Shown piece after piece: positions 1-9,522 of a stretch of DNA of 64,000 bases. Source of the DNA: an uncultured Selenomonadales bacterium (GTDB taxonomy: Bacteria > Bacillota > Negativicutes > Selenomonadales > Selenomonadaceae); assembly GCA_947307055.1 (NCBI GenBank), contig CAMZHX010000013.1:1242-65241 (forward strand), given 5' to 3'. The stretch's first letter is position 1, and the number at the start of each line of letters is the position of its first letter. A program made the position numbers and the translations under genes. The notes under the pieces were generated by a model, which saw only the letters and a list, made by a program, of their open reading frames with translations, had not been told where the DNA came from and searched no databases.

Positions 1-126
1 GCGGAACGAGTTCAGATTGCTTCGGAGAATCTGCAAGCGGTCGAACTGGCGATAACTGAAGGCGACCCCGTTTCGGCGAGCGATTTTATTCAATTCGGCG
101 CGATTCGTGCGGTCGAGTGCTATTGA
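1..126 (+). CDS. 3' end of an unidentified CDS (partial, runs off the window start)
   Basis: Frame +1 is open from base 1 to TGA at 124-126 (...GAIRAVECY*), ending 9 nt before the next gene. Too short to name. Confidence 0.3.
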   Translation, partial: AERVQIASENLQAVELAITEGDPVSASDFIQFGAIRAVECY

Positions 127-135
127 GGTTCGCTT

Positions 136-1701
136 ATGGCAAAAAAAATCGCGCTCTTCATTGACGCTGACAACATTTCGCCCAAATTTGGCAAACAGAT
201 TATTGAAACTCTGGAGAGTCGCGGAGAAATTTTTATCCGGCGCATTTACGGCAACTGGGAAAAAATTTTTCTGCACGGTTGGAACGAATGCATATTGAAT
301 TTTTCATTGCGCGCGGTTCAGCAGCCCGATTACGTGGCGGGCAAAAATGCAACTGATATGTCCCTAGCGATTGACGCAATGGACGTACTTTACGGCGGCA
401 AGGCTGAAATTTTCGCGCTCGTCTCCAACGATAGCGATTTTACACCGCTGGCGATTCGTCTTCGCGAGGGCGGCATGAAAATTATCGGTATTGGCAATGC
501 TAATGCGGCGAATTCTTTTAGAATGTCCTGCGATGAGTTTATTGACCTTGACGCGCCCGCCGAAGTTGAAATTCACGTCGCGCCCAAGAAAAAAAATCCG
601 CCGCCCGAAAAAGTTTCGCCTGTTCAGATGAATCTGTTCACCGAAGAAAAGACTTTGCCAAAGCCCGTCAGCCCGAAAGTTATTCCAATCGGTGACAGCA
701 AACTTCAGAGCGAACGCGATAAGAAAATCCAGCAGATTCATAACATTTTGCGCGAAGTGGCGAACATTCACGGCGACGCGAGCGGATTTTTCCTATTGAC
801 GCGTGCTGGTATGGAGATTAAGAGCAAAAATCTTGGATTCAGCGTAAAAGATTTGGGATATGGCTCGTTGAGGGAATTTGTCGCGGCCTTTCCGAAGCTT
901 TACGAATTGAGCGGTTCCGGAGCAAATATTCTTATGCGTTGCGTGACTGTCGCGCAGAAAAATTCCGTCGCTAAAACTAAATCTGAACAACTGAATGACA
1001 TTTTGCACGAGGCGGCTTTAACTCACGAGGACAGCGAAGGCTTTGTCAATTTGTGGTGGGCGTGCGACTTCATCAACGGCAAAAAAAATCTTCCCGCCGA
1101 TTTGAAAAAGTTCAGCTTTAAAGATTTGGTCGAATTTGTATCTGCCGCGCCCGAATTGTATGAGACTCGGCAAGGTAGCGGCAATAACTTTTTCTATCGT
1201 TGTCGGACGTTCAAACAGCAAATTGCCGACGCGGAAGACAAGCTCCGCCAGTTGCATGACATTATGCTTGAGGCGGCGACTCTTCACGGCGAAGCGGACG
1301 GATTTTTTGCTTTGAATCTTGCTGGCATGGAGATTAAGAGCAAAAATCTTGGATTCAGCGTAAAAGATTTGGGCTATGACACGTTGAAAGAATTCATAGC
1401 GGCTTTCCCAGACCTTTACGAGTTGCAGACGGAAGGAACGATTGCTCGTTGTCGTTGCAAGACGATTTCGCCGAAAGTCGACAATCTCCAGCAGATTCAT
1501 AACGTTTTACGCGAGACGGCAAAAGCTCATGGCGATGAAAAAGGATTTGCGACATTGAGTTGGGCGGGCGACGCAATCGGCAAAAACAATCTCAGCATAA
1601 AAGGGTTGGGGCACAAGACTTTAAGCAAATTTATTTCCGCCTTTCCGAATCTTTACGAGATAGAAAGAAATGGCGGAGCTTTTTACTATCGCTGCAAGTA
1701 G
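136..1701 (+). CDS. NYN-domain (LabA/DUF88-like PIN-fold) putative RNase fused to four tandem OST-HTH/LOTUS repeats
   Basis: 521-aa ORF. The N-terminus (KIALFIDADNIS...FALVSNDSDFTPLAIRLRE) matches NYN motifs. Four ~70-aa repeats follow (IHNILRE..HGD..GF..L...G......GF...DLGY..L.EF..AFP.LYE.....RC), typical of OST-HTH/LOTUS domains. Confidence 0.8.
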   Translation: MAKKIALFIDADNISPKFGKQIIETLESRGEIFIRRIYGNWEKIFLHGWNECILNFSLRAVQQPDYVAGKNATDMSLAIDAMDVLYGGKAEIFALVSNDSDFTPLAIRLREGGMKIIGIGNANAANSFRMSCDEFIDLDAPAEVEIHVAPKKKNPPPEKVSPVQMNLFTEEKTLPKPVSPKVIPIGDSKLQSERDKKIQQIHNILREVANIHGDASGFFLLTRAGMEIKSKNLGFSVKDLGYGSLREFVAAFPKLYELSGSGANILMRCVTVAQKNSVAKTKSEQLNDILHEAALTHEDSEGFVNLWWACDFINGKKNLPADLKKFSFKDLVEFVSAAPELYETRQGSGNNFFYRCRTFKQQIADAEDKLRQLHDIMLEAATLHGEADGFFALNLAGMEIKSKNLGFSVKDLGYDTLKEFIAAFPDLYELQTEGTIARCRCKTISPKVDNLQQIHNVLRETAKAHGDEKGFATLSWAGDAIGKNNLSIKGLGHKTLSKFISAFPNLYEIERNGGAFYYRCK

Positions 1702-1749
1702 CGCAAATATCTTGAATAATTTAAACTTGATTCAGTCAATAAAGTCAAT

Positions 1750-1790
1750 AAAAAAACCGCCGAGCGTTTTGCCCGACGGTTAATTTTTTT
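1750..1790. terminator. candidate bidirectional intrinsic terminator between convergent genes
   Basis: An A-run, then imperfect stem AACCG-C-CG / CG-A-CGGTT with an 11-nt loop, then a T-run (aattttttttt). It lies between the NYN gene stop and the RND pump stop. Confidence 0.45.
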
Positions 1791-4700
1791 TTACATGTAA
1801 TCGATTGAGGATTTTTGTTTTTCCTGTTTCATGAAGCCAAGTTTCTTAGCGACCCATTCAGTTATGACGAACAGCACGGGGATAACGAAAATTCCGAGCG
1901 TCGTCGCGAACAACATGCCGCCGACGACCGCGACGCCCATTCCGTTACGAGCTGCGGAACCTGCGCCCGTCGCCATTGCTAAAGGTAAGCAACCTATTAT
2001 GAACGCAAACGAAGTCATAAGAATCGGGCGAAGTCGCAAGCCAGCCGCTTCCAATGCCGCTTTGATTGGGGGCATTCCTCTATCGACGCGAACTTTTGCA
2101 AACTCGACAATCAATATCGCGTTCTTCGCCGCCAACCCGATTATCATTATGATTCCGATTTGCATGTAGACCGAATCTTGAAGGCCGGCGTTTTGATGTC
2201 CCATTGCTCCTTCCAGCCACGCCAAGAACCATTCCGAAAAGACCGCCCCGAATAAACCTGTCGGCACGCTCAGCAAGACTGCATACGGCACCGACCAACT
2301 TTCATACAGCGCGGCGAGCATTAAGAATACGAACACCAACGCCAACGCTAAAACTTGTCCGGTTGAGCTGGCCGCTTTCTTTTCCTCGCGACTTTGCCCT
2401 GACCACTCGATATTGAATCCGACGCCCGCTTCCTCGTTGACGATTTCTTCAATGGCCGCCATTGCTTGACCCGAAGAATATCCTGCGCCCGCGTTGCCTT
2501 GAATTGTCACGGCACGCGCCGCGTTGAATCTCGAAATTTGCGTCGGGCCGGTTGAATATTTCGGAGTAACCAGAGCACTAAGCGGAACCATTTGCCCGCC
2601 CGAACCTTTCACGAAAACAAATCTCGCGCAGTCAGCTTCCGACCTGTAAAGCACGTCCGATTGAAGCATAACTTTATATGTGCGACCAAATTTGTTGAAG
2701 TCATTGACTTGCATACCGCCGAAGTTGACTTGCAACGCCGTAAACACATCAGAGAGTTGCACGCCGAGAAGTTTAACTTTTTCGCGGTCAATCTCGTACT
2801 CGACGGTCGGCGAGGCAATGTTAAAAGTTGTGCGCACGCCTTGCATTTCAGGACGTTGATTGGCTCTGGCGACAATGCGTTTTGTAATCTCGTCAAGCTC
2901 GGTGTCAGTATGTCCCGCCATGTCTTGCAACTGCATCGACCAGCCGCCGACGTTACCTAAGCCGGGCAAAGCGGGCGGGTTGAACGCGATAACTTGCGCT
3001 TCGGGGACAGTCATTGCGCCGAGCCGGAACATAGTTTTTATACAGGCATTAACCGACGCTTCAGGACCGCGCTTAGTCCAGTCCTCAAGGCCGCAAACGA
3101 TTATGCCCGCACTAGGTTTCGCGCCGAACGACAAGATGTCAAAGCCGGTAATCATCATGCAGTTTTTCAAGCCAGGCATTTCCTTCATAACCGCCTTGCC
3201 GAGCTTGTCAATCGTCTGCACAGTGTGATTCATCGAAGTGCCTTCGGGCAAACTAATCGACGTAAAGAAATAGCCTTGATCCTCTTCGGGCACGAATGTT
3301 GACGGGAGCCGCTGATAAATCAGCCACGTCACGCCCAAAACAATCACTAAGAAAATCACGGCGAGTTTTGAACGTTTAATGAACGCCGCGACTATTTTGA
3401 CGTAAGAATTTTTCGTGCGCTCGAACCAGTTGTTAAAGCCGTTGAAAAATCTGTCGAAAAGTCCAAGCTTTTTATTGGGGTCTTTAGGCTTGAGCATCAT
3501 GGCGCAAAGTGCCGGCGTCAAAGTCAGCGCGATAAATGCCGATAAGCCCATTGATATTGCTATCGTCAGCGCGAATTGCCGATACAAAACGCCCATCATG
3601 CCGCCCAAAAATGCGACCGGTACGAACACCGCCGCTAAGACAAATGCTATCGCGACGACCGGCCCTTGCACTTCGTCCATTGCGCGTTCTGTTGCGTCGA
3701 CAGGGCTAAGCCCTTCTTCCATGTGGTGTTCGACGTTTTCTATAACAACAATGGCGTCGTCGACGACCAAGCCGATTGCCAAAACCATTGCGAATAATGT
3801 CAGCGTGTTGATTGAAAAGCCGAGAACTATGAACGCCGCGAAAGTCCCGATGAGCGAGACCGGCACCGCTAATAACGGAATCAGCGTGGCGCGCCAACTT
3901 TGCAGGAAGATAAATATAACGAACACGACGAGCAATAACGCCTCAATGAATGTGTGCGCGACTTCCTCAATCGAGGCGCGGATATAGTCTGTGCTGTCAA
4001 AAATTTCGCTGATAAAAAGATTGGGCGGGAGGTTCGGTCTTTGCCGCTCGATAATGTCTTGCACGCCGCGAACAGTCGTCATAGCGTTTGCGTCTGAGGT
4101 GAGCTGAATACCGAAGCCGACCGAAGGATAACCGTTGAACTTCGCGACGATATTATTCATGCGTTGACCCGGCTCGATTCGCGCAACGTCTTTCATGTAG
4201 ACAAAAGTCCCGTCGCCATTAGCTTTCAAAACGATATTGCCAAACTCTTCAATTTCGGACAAGCGACCTTGCACTTTGCCTGTAAATTGTTTTTCCTGCC
4301 CTTGAGCGAGCGGCATTGAACCGATAGTGCCGGCGGCGGCTTGTAGGTTTTGTTCATTGATAGCGGCGGAGACTTCCGCGACCGTCAAGTTGTATTCGGC
4401 GAGTTTATCGGGATTTAGCCAAATGCGCATTGAGTAATCGGAGCCGAAAATTTGAACGTCGCCAACGCCGTCGACGCGCTTAATTTCGTCCATAAGATAA
4501 ATATCGGCGTAGTTTTTCATGAAGGCGCGGTCGTAAGTTCCGTCGGGCGAATACATTGCCAAGAACAAAGCCATTTCATTAGACGCCTTGCGAGTGGTGA
4601 CGCCTTGCCGCTGAACGTCGGTTGGCAAGCTGGCGTTAGCAATGGCGACGTTGTTCTGAACTTTGACCGAGTCCATATCGCCATCGGTGCCGACATCGAA

Positions 4701-4979
4701 GACGACTTGCAAACTATATCGCCCCGTGTCGTCGGAGTTGGAGCTCATATAGTCCATGCCGTCGGTGCCGTTGACTTGCTGCTCGATAACTTGCGCGATA
4801 GTCTCGTTGACGACGGAGGCATTTGCGCCGGTGTAAGTTGTGCTGACAGAAATTGTCGGCGGGGAGATTTGAGGGTATTGCGCGATAGGCAGTTGAATTG
4901 CCGCGAGGATTCCGACGAGCGTAATTATTAGGGCAATGACTATCGCGAATATCGGTCGGTGGATAAAGAATTTTGCCAC
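1791..4979 (-). CDS. RND multidrug efflux permease (AcrB/HAE1 family)
   Basis: 1062-aa ORF starting MAKFFIHRPIFAIVIALIITLVG. It shows the 12-TM, two-large-loop RND layout with typical AcrB-family sequence throughout, and sits 12 nt downstream of the adaptor gene. Confidence 0.95.
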   Translation of the reverse strand: MAKFFIHRPIFAIVIALIITLVGILAAIQLPIAQYPQISPPTISVSTTYTGANASVVNETIAQVIEQQVNGTDGMDYMSSNSDDTGRYSLQVVFDVGTDGDMDSVKVQNNVAIANASLPTDVQRQGVTTRKASNEMALFLAMYSPDGTYDRAFMKNYADIYLMDEIKRVDGVGDVQIFGSDYSMRIWLNPDKLAEYNLTVAEVSAAINEQNLQAAAGTIGSMPLAQGQEKQFTGKVQGRLSEIEEFGNIVLKANGDGTFVYMKDVARIEPGQRMNNIVAKFNGYPSVGFGIQLTSDANAMTTVRGVQDIIERQRPNLPPNLFISEIFDSTDYIRASIEEVAHTFIEALLLVVFVIFIFLQSWRATLIPLLAVPVSLIGTFAAFIVLGFSINTLTLFAMVLAIGLVVDDAIVVIENVEHHMEEGLSPVDATERAMDEVQGPVVAIAFVLAAVFVPVAFLGGMMGVLYRQFALTIAISMGLSAFIALTLTPALCAMMLKPKDPNKKLGLFDRFFNGFNNWFERTKNSYVKIVAAFIKRSKLAVIFLVIVLGVTWLIYQRLPSTFVPEEDQGYFFTSISLPEGTSMNHTVQTIDKLGKAVMKEMPGLKNCMMITGFDILSFGAKPSAGIIVCGLEDWTKRGPEASVNACIKTMFRLGAMTVPEAQVIAFNPPALPGLGNVGGWSMQLQDMAGHTDTELDEITKRIVARANQRPEMQGVRTTFNIASPTVEYEIDREKVKLLGVQLSDVFTALQVNFGGMQVNDFNKFGRTYKVMLQSDVLYRSEADCARFVFVKGSGGQMVPLSALVTPKYSTGPTQISRFNAARAVTIQGNAGAGYSSGQAMAAIEEIVNEEAGVGFNIEWSGQSREEKKAASSTGQVLALALVFVFLMLAALYESWSVPYAVLLSVPTGLFGAVFSEWFLAWLEGAMGHQNAGLQDSVYMQIGIIMIIGLAAKNAILIVEFAKVRVDRGMPPIKAALEAAGLRLRPILMTSFAFIIGCLPLAMATGAGSAARNGMGVAVVGGMLFATTLGIFVIPVLFVITEWVAKKLGFMKQEKQKSSIDYM

Positions 4980-4991
4980 GTCTACGCCGCC

Positions 4992-6269
4992 TCACTTTCC
5001 GCGCAGATTGTCGGGAGCATTCGGATTTTTATTGGGCGCATCAAGTCCGGCGTCCGCGTTATAAGTGCTGGTGACATTAACCAAAGTAAAGCCCATTTCG
5101 CCCGGCGTGACGGTCTTAATATCAAGCTCGACGCCCTCGCGCAAATTCGTTAAGCCCTCGACTATAACAGTATCGCTCGTGCTGACGCCTTTGTTGACGA
5201 CGAAATAACTGCCAACTTGGTCGCCGAGTTCGACGGTTCGGGCTTCGGACTTATTGCCATTGCCGACGACCATGACAAACGATTTGCCCAAAAGTTGTTG
5301 GACGGAACGTTGCGGAACTAAAACTGCGTTTGGAATGACTTCGCCGGTGAGTTTGATACGGGCGAACATGCCGGGCATAAGGAGCCCGCTGGGATTGGGG
5401 AAAAGTGCTTTCATAATGAGCGAGCCGGTACTGTTACCAAGTTCGCGGTCGACCTCGACGATGCGACCTTCAAAGGGATATTCTTTACCGTCGGCGAGCG
5501 TTATCGTGACGGCGATTGGATTATGTTCGGATTGCATACCTTGAACGGTCATGAAGTGCAGGTAATCTGATTCGCTTATGGAAAATTGCGCAAAAATTGG
5601 ATTGGGCGCGCCGAGCGTCACTAAAGTTGTCTGACCGGCTGAAACGAAAGTTCCGACGGCCACATCGTCGACACCGAGCTTACCTGACATAGGCGCGTAA
5701 ATTTTTGTGTCGTCGAGATTCTCTTGAGCGGTTCTCAGCGCGGCTTGGCAAGCATAAATTGCCGCTTCATTTGCTGCGCAAGTTGCCTCGTCTGCGCGGA
5801 CTTTTGCCGCTTGAGTGGTAACCGTTTGCTCTGGAATAGCTGATTCCTCTAACAACTTTTGATTGCGGCGGAGGTCTGTCAAAGAGTTATTATAAGTCGC
5901 CACTGATTGAGCCAGAACCGCTTCTGCTTGAGCTAAATCCGCTTGCGCCCGAAGTACGGCGGATTGGTATTGGCGCGAGTCGATTTGATAGAGCAGTTGC
6001 CCTTGATCGACGAATTGACCGCCGACAACGTATTTTTCTACGACGTTGCCTGAAACTTTTGATTGAACTTTGACTTCCTCAGTGCCGACTAAATGTCCGG
6101 CGTATTCGATGCTAAGCGGCGTATCGCGTTGGATAACCTTCATTGCTTTGACTTGTGCTCGTTGAACTTGAGCTTGTTGTTGATTATCCTCGCCGCAGCC
6201 CGCGAAAAATATTGAGGACGCGGCGAACATTGCCGCTATTGTCATCAATTTGGCTTTCGATAAAACCAC
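4992..6269 (-). CDS. RND membrane-fusion (periplasmic adaptor) lipoprotein, AcrA/HlyD family
   Basis: 425-aa ORF with a GTG start preceded by GGGAGGGG. It has a lipobox (FFAGC) and coiled-coil hairpin plus beta-barrel segments typical of MFPs. It is co-oriented with and adjacent to the RND permease. Confidence 0.9.
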   Translation of the reverse strand: MVLSKAKLMTIAAMFAASSIFFAGCGEDNQQQAQVQRAQVKAMKVIQRDTPLSIEYAGHLVGTEEVKVQSKVSGNVVEKYVVGGQFVDQGQLLYQIDSRQYQSAVLRAQADLAQAEAVLAQSVATYNNSLTDLRRNQKLLEESAIPEQTVTTQAAKVRADEATCAANEAAIYACQAALRTAQENLDDTKIYAPMSGKLGVDDVAVGTFVSAGQTTLVTLGAPNPIFAQFSISESDYLHFMTVQGMQSEHNPIAVTITLADGKEYPFEGRIVEVDRELGNSTGSLIMKALFPNPSGLLMPGMFARIKLTGEVIPNAVLVPQRSVQQLLGKSFVMVVGNGNKSEARTVELGDQVGSYFVVNKGVSTSDTVIVEGLTNLREGVELDIKTVTPGEMGFTLVNVTSTYNADAGLDAPNKNPNAPDNLRGK

Positions 6270-6290
6270 TTCGACCCCTCCCGAAAAGGC

Positions 6291-6373
6291 AATTAGGAAT
6301 GCGTAATGCCTAATGCGTAATTAGATTTTGGTAATTTTCATTACGCATTACGCATTGCGAATTACGCATTAAA
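6291..6373. repeat. heptamer-built palindromic intergenic element, flavour B (TAATGCG-type)
   Basis: The left arm aattaggaatgcgtaatgcctaatgcgtaatt is tandem degenerate 7-mers. A 16-nt loop separates it from the right arm attacgcattacgcattgcgaattacgcatt, which is its imperfect complement. It lies between the aroA stop and the MFP start. Confidence 0.8.
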
Positions 6374-6408
6374 TTTTACGGTTTTGGCGGCTAAATGTCA
6401 ATTTGAAC

Positions 6409-7653
6409 TTACTGCAATAACGCGCCGTAAAAGTTTGGATAGGAGATGTTGACGCAATTTGAATCGTCGAGTTCAACGCCCTCTGCCGCCGCGCCCATGA
6501 TAGCTAACGCCATCGCTATCCTATGGTCGCCGTAAGTTTTGCACGCCGCGAATTGTTTAGGCTTGCCGCCCGCAATTATCAACGTATCGCCCTCTGCTTT
6601 GAAGGCTCCAGGCGACAACTTGTTAAACTCCGTCACTATCGCCGCAAGTCTATCGCTCTCCTTGACGCGCAATTCTCCAACGTCGCGAATTATTGTCGTG
6701 CCTTCAGCAAAGGCGGCTGCCACAGCCAAAATCGGTATCTCGTCAATCAAGCGCGGTATCTCCTCGCCGCCGATTTCTATTCCACGAAGCCGCGCAGATT
6801 TTATCAGCAAATCGCCGACGCGCTCGCCTAAATCGCGCCGTTCATTTCTGATTTCAATCGCCGCGCCCATTTTTATCAGAGCGTCGACAAGTCCTGTGCG
6901 CGTCTCGTTGAGCCCGATATTTTTCAGCACGAGTTCCGAGCCGTCGAGGAGCGTCGCCAAAACAATCCAGAACGCCGCGCTTGATATGTCATTTGGGATT
7001 TCGATGACGGACGGCATTTGAAGTTTTGTCGCGGGGTAAATCGTCAGGCCGTCGAGGCGCACGCCGCAAGCTTTCAACATTAGCTCGGTGTGGTCGCGGC
7101 AAGGCGGTATGATAATTGTTGTCGGCGCGTCGGCAAATAGTCCCGCCAATAATATCGACGATTTGACTTGCGCGGAAGCTATCGCCGTTCGATAAGTTAT
7201 GCCGCGCAGTTTGGAGCCGTTGACGGTCAGCGGCAAGTTGGAATTTGAAAACGTCGCGCCCATTTGGCTTAGCGGGTCGATTACTCGTTTAAGCGGGCGT
7301 TTTTTTAGTGAGTCGTCGCCGGTGAAAGTCGTTTTGAATGGTTGAGCCGCCGTCAAGCCCATGAGCAATCGGAGCGTCGTGCCGGAGTTGCCCGCGTCCA
7401 AAATTTCAGTCGGAGCTTTCAAGCCATGCAAGCCTGCGCCGTGAATCAGTAAAGATTTTTCTGCGCGCTCAATCGTCACGCCTAATTTTTCCATGCAAGC
7501 AATCGTCGAGAGGCAATCGGCTCCCGCTAAATAATTTCGGACTTCGACAGAACCATCACCGAGACTGCCTAAAATTATCGCGCGATGAGTTATCGATTTG
7601 TCCGACGGGATTTTTATTTCGCCCTTGAGCGGGTCGCGTTTGGTAATCAGCAT
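6409..7653 (-). CDS. aroA: 3-phosphoshikimate 1-carboxyvinyltransferase (EPSP synthase)
   Basis: Sequence MLITKRDPLKGEIKIPSDKSITHRAIILGSL...LKVKESDRL...GDHRIAMA matches EPSPS motifs. I chose the start at ATG 7653 because GGAGG lies 7 nt upstream. The longer track ORF (to 7761) would run into the typA promoter. Confidence 0.9.
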   Translation of the reverse strand: MLITKRDPLKGEIKIPSDKSITHRAIILGSLGDGSVEVRNYLAGADCLSTIACMEKLGVTIERAEKSLLIHGAGLHGLKAPTEILDAGNSGTTLRLLMGLTAAQPFKTTFTGDDSLKKRPLKRVIDPLSQMGATFSNSNLPLTVNGSKLRGITYRTAIASAQVKSSILLAGLFADAPTTIIIPPCRDHTELMLKACGVRLDGLTIYPATKLQMPSVIEIPNDISSAAFWIVLATLLDGSELVLKNIGLNETRTGLVDALIKMGAAIEIRNERRDLGERVGDLLIKSARLRGIEIGGEEIPRLIDEIPILAVAAAFAEGTTIIRDVGELRVKESDRLAAIVTEFNKLSPGAFKAEGDTLIIAGGKPKQFAACKTYGDHRIAMALAIMGAAAEGVELDDSNCVNISYPNFYGALLQ

Positions 7654-7705
7654 TTGCATACCTCCATTTTTGCGCGTATAATATATCAACAAAGGAGCGA
7701 TTGCA

Positions 7706-9520
7706 ATGATAAATAAAGAACGGCGCAACGTCGCGATAATAGCGCACGTCGACCACGGCAAAACAACTTTAGTAGACGCACTGTTGAGGCAAAGTCACAT
7801 CTTCCGGCAAAATGAGCAAGTCGCCGAGCGCGTAATGGACAGCGGAGAATTGGAACGCGAACGCGGAATAACGATATTGTCGAAAAATACGGCGATATGG
7901 TACGCGGGCATAAAAATAAATATAGTCGACACGCCAGGCCATGCGGATTTCGGCGGCGAGGTCGAACGGATTCTAAACATGGTCGACGGGGTGTTGCTAG
8001 TCGTCGATGCCTTTGAAGGGCCAATGCCGCAAACAAAATACGTCTTGCGCAAAGCGTTGGAACATAAACTCAAGGCGATAGTCGTTATAAACAAAATCGA
8101 CCGACCAGAGGCGCGAATCGATGAAGTTTACGACGAAGTTTTGGAACTGTTCATGGAGCTGGACGCTGACGACGAACAATTAGATTTTCCGGTCATCTAC
8201 ACGGCGGCGAAGGCGGGCATAGCTAAAAAAAATATCGACGACAATTCAACGACAATGGAACCGTTGCTTGAGGCGATAGTAAACGAAATGCCTGCGCCGA
8301 GCGGCGAATTGGACGGCGGCTTTCAAATGGTGGTAACGACTTTGGAGGCTGATGCTTACGTCGGCAAAGTGGCAATCGGGAAAATTCAGCGCGGCACGGT
8401 CAAAAGCGGCGAGACTGTCGCGATAATCACCGAGCACGGAATAAGTCGCGGGAAAATCGGCAAAGTTTATAGCTATGAGGGCTTAGCGCGAGTTGAAGCG
8501 ACTTCGGCGCAAATGGGCGAGATAGTCGCGCTGACCGGCTTAAGCGAAGTTTCGATAGGCGATACGGTTGCCGACGTCGAGAATCCGGAGGCGTTGCCGT
8601 CGATACGCGTTGACGAGCCGACATTGTCCGTGACGTTCGGAGTAAATACAAGTCCATTCGCGGGCACGGAAGGGCAATTCGTGACGAGCCGACACATTCG
8701 CGACAGGCTATTCAAAGAGGCGCAGACAAATGTAGCGTTGCGTGTCGAAGAAACTAACAGCGCGGATATATTCAAAGTGAGCGGGCGCGGCGAGTTGCAC
8801 CTGTCGATTTTGATTGAAACGATGCGCCGCGAAGGTTACGAAATGCAAATTGGCAAGCCCGAAGTCGTTTACAAAATTATCGACGGGCAACGCTACGAGC
8901 CGATAGAAGATTTAACAATCGAGGTCTCAGCAGATTATATGGGCGTCGTCATGGAAAGTTTAGGTCGGCGCAAAGCGGAATTAAAAAACATGCAGCAAAT
9001 TGCAGGCTACATGCGATTAAATTTTTTGATACCTGCGCGGGGTCTGATAGGTTTTCGGTCGGAGCTGTTGACATCGACGCGCGGCAATGGCGTAATGAAT
9101 CACGTCTTTTCCGGCTACGAACCGTACAAAGGCGAAATACCTGGACGGACGCGCGGGAGCTTAGTCGCGTTTGAAGAGGGCATGACGACGGGCTACGGGA
9201 TATTCAATTTGCAGGATAGGGGCGTCATGTTCATCGAGCCGGGGCAAAGAGTTTACGAGGGCATGATAGTCGGCGAAAACTCGCGGGAAATGGACATAGA
9301 CATAAACCCTTGCAAGATGAAACACCAGACGAATATCCGCGCGTCGAACTCTGACGAGGCAATAAGATTGGTACCGGCGCGGGTGTTGAGTTTGGAACAG
9401 GCAATGGAGTACATAAACGACGACGAGCTTGTCGAAGTGACGCCCAAAAGCATACGGTTGCGCAAAACGATATTGGACAGGACAACGCGCGGCCGCTTAG
9501 CCAAGAACGCTCGGAAATAA
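7706..9520 (+). CDS. typA: translational GTPase TypA/BipA
   Basis: 604-aa ORF with [35 protein letters not shown] and NKIDR G-motifs and BipA-type C-terminal domains. Confidence 0.95.
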   Translation: MINKERRNVAIIAHVDHGKTTLVDALLRQSHIFRQNEQVAERVMDSGELERERGITILSKNTAIWYAGIKINIVDTPGHADFGGEVERILNMVDGVLLVVDAFEGPMPQTKYVLRKALEHKLKAIVVINKIDRPEARIDEVYDEVLELFMELDADDEQLDFPVIYTAAKAGIAKKNIDDNSTTMEPLLEAIVNEMPAPSGELDGGFQMVVTTLEADAYVGKVAIGKIQRGTVKSGETVAIITEHGISRGKIGKVYSYEGLARVEATSAQMGEIVALTGLSEVSIGDTVADVENPEALPSIRVDEPTLSVTFGVNTSPFAGTEGQFVTSRHIRDRLFKEAQTNVALRVEETNSADIFKVSGRGELHLSILIETMRREGYEMQIGKPEVVYKIIDGQRYEPIEDLTIEVSADYMGVVMESLGRRKAELKNMQQIAGYMRLNFLIPARGLIGFRSELLTSTRGNGVMNHVFSGYEPYKGEIPGRTRGSLVAFEEGMTTGYGIFNLQDRGVMFIEPGQRVYEGMIVGENSREMDIDINPCKMKHQTNIRASNSDEAIRLVPARVLSLEQAMEYINDDELVEVTPKSIRLRKTILDRTTRGRLAKNARK

Positions 9521-9522
9521 TT

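Noticed and set aside
7654-7761. Upstream extension of aroA to 7761
   Set aside because: It would run across the aroA/typA divergent promoter region and into typA. GGAGG lies just upstream of the ATGs at 7659/7653, and homology starts at MLITKRDP.
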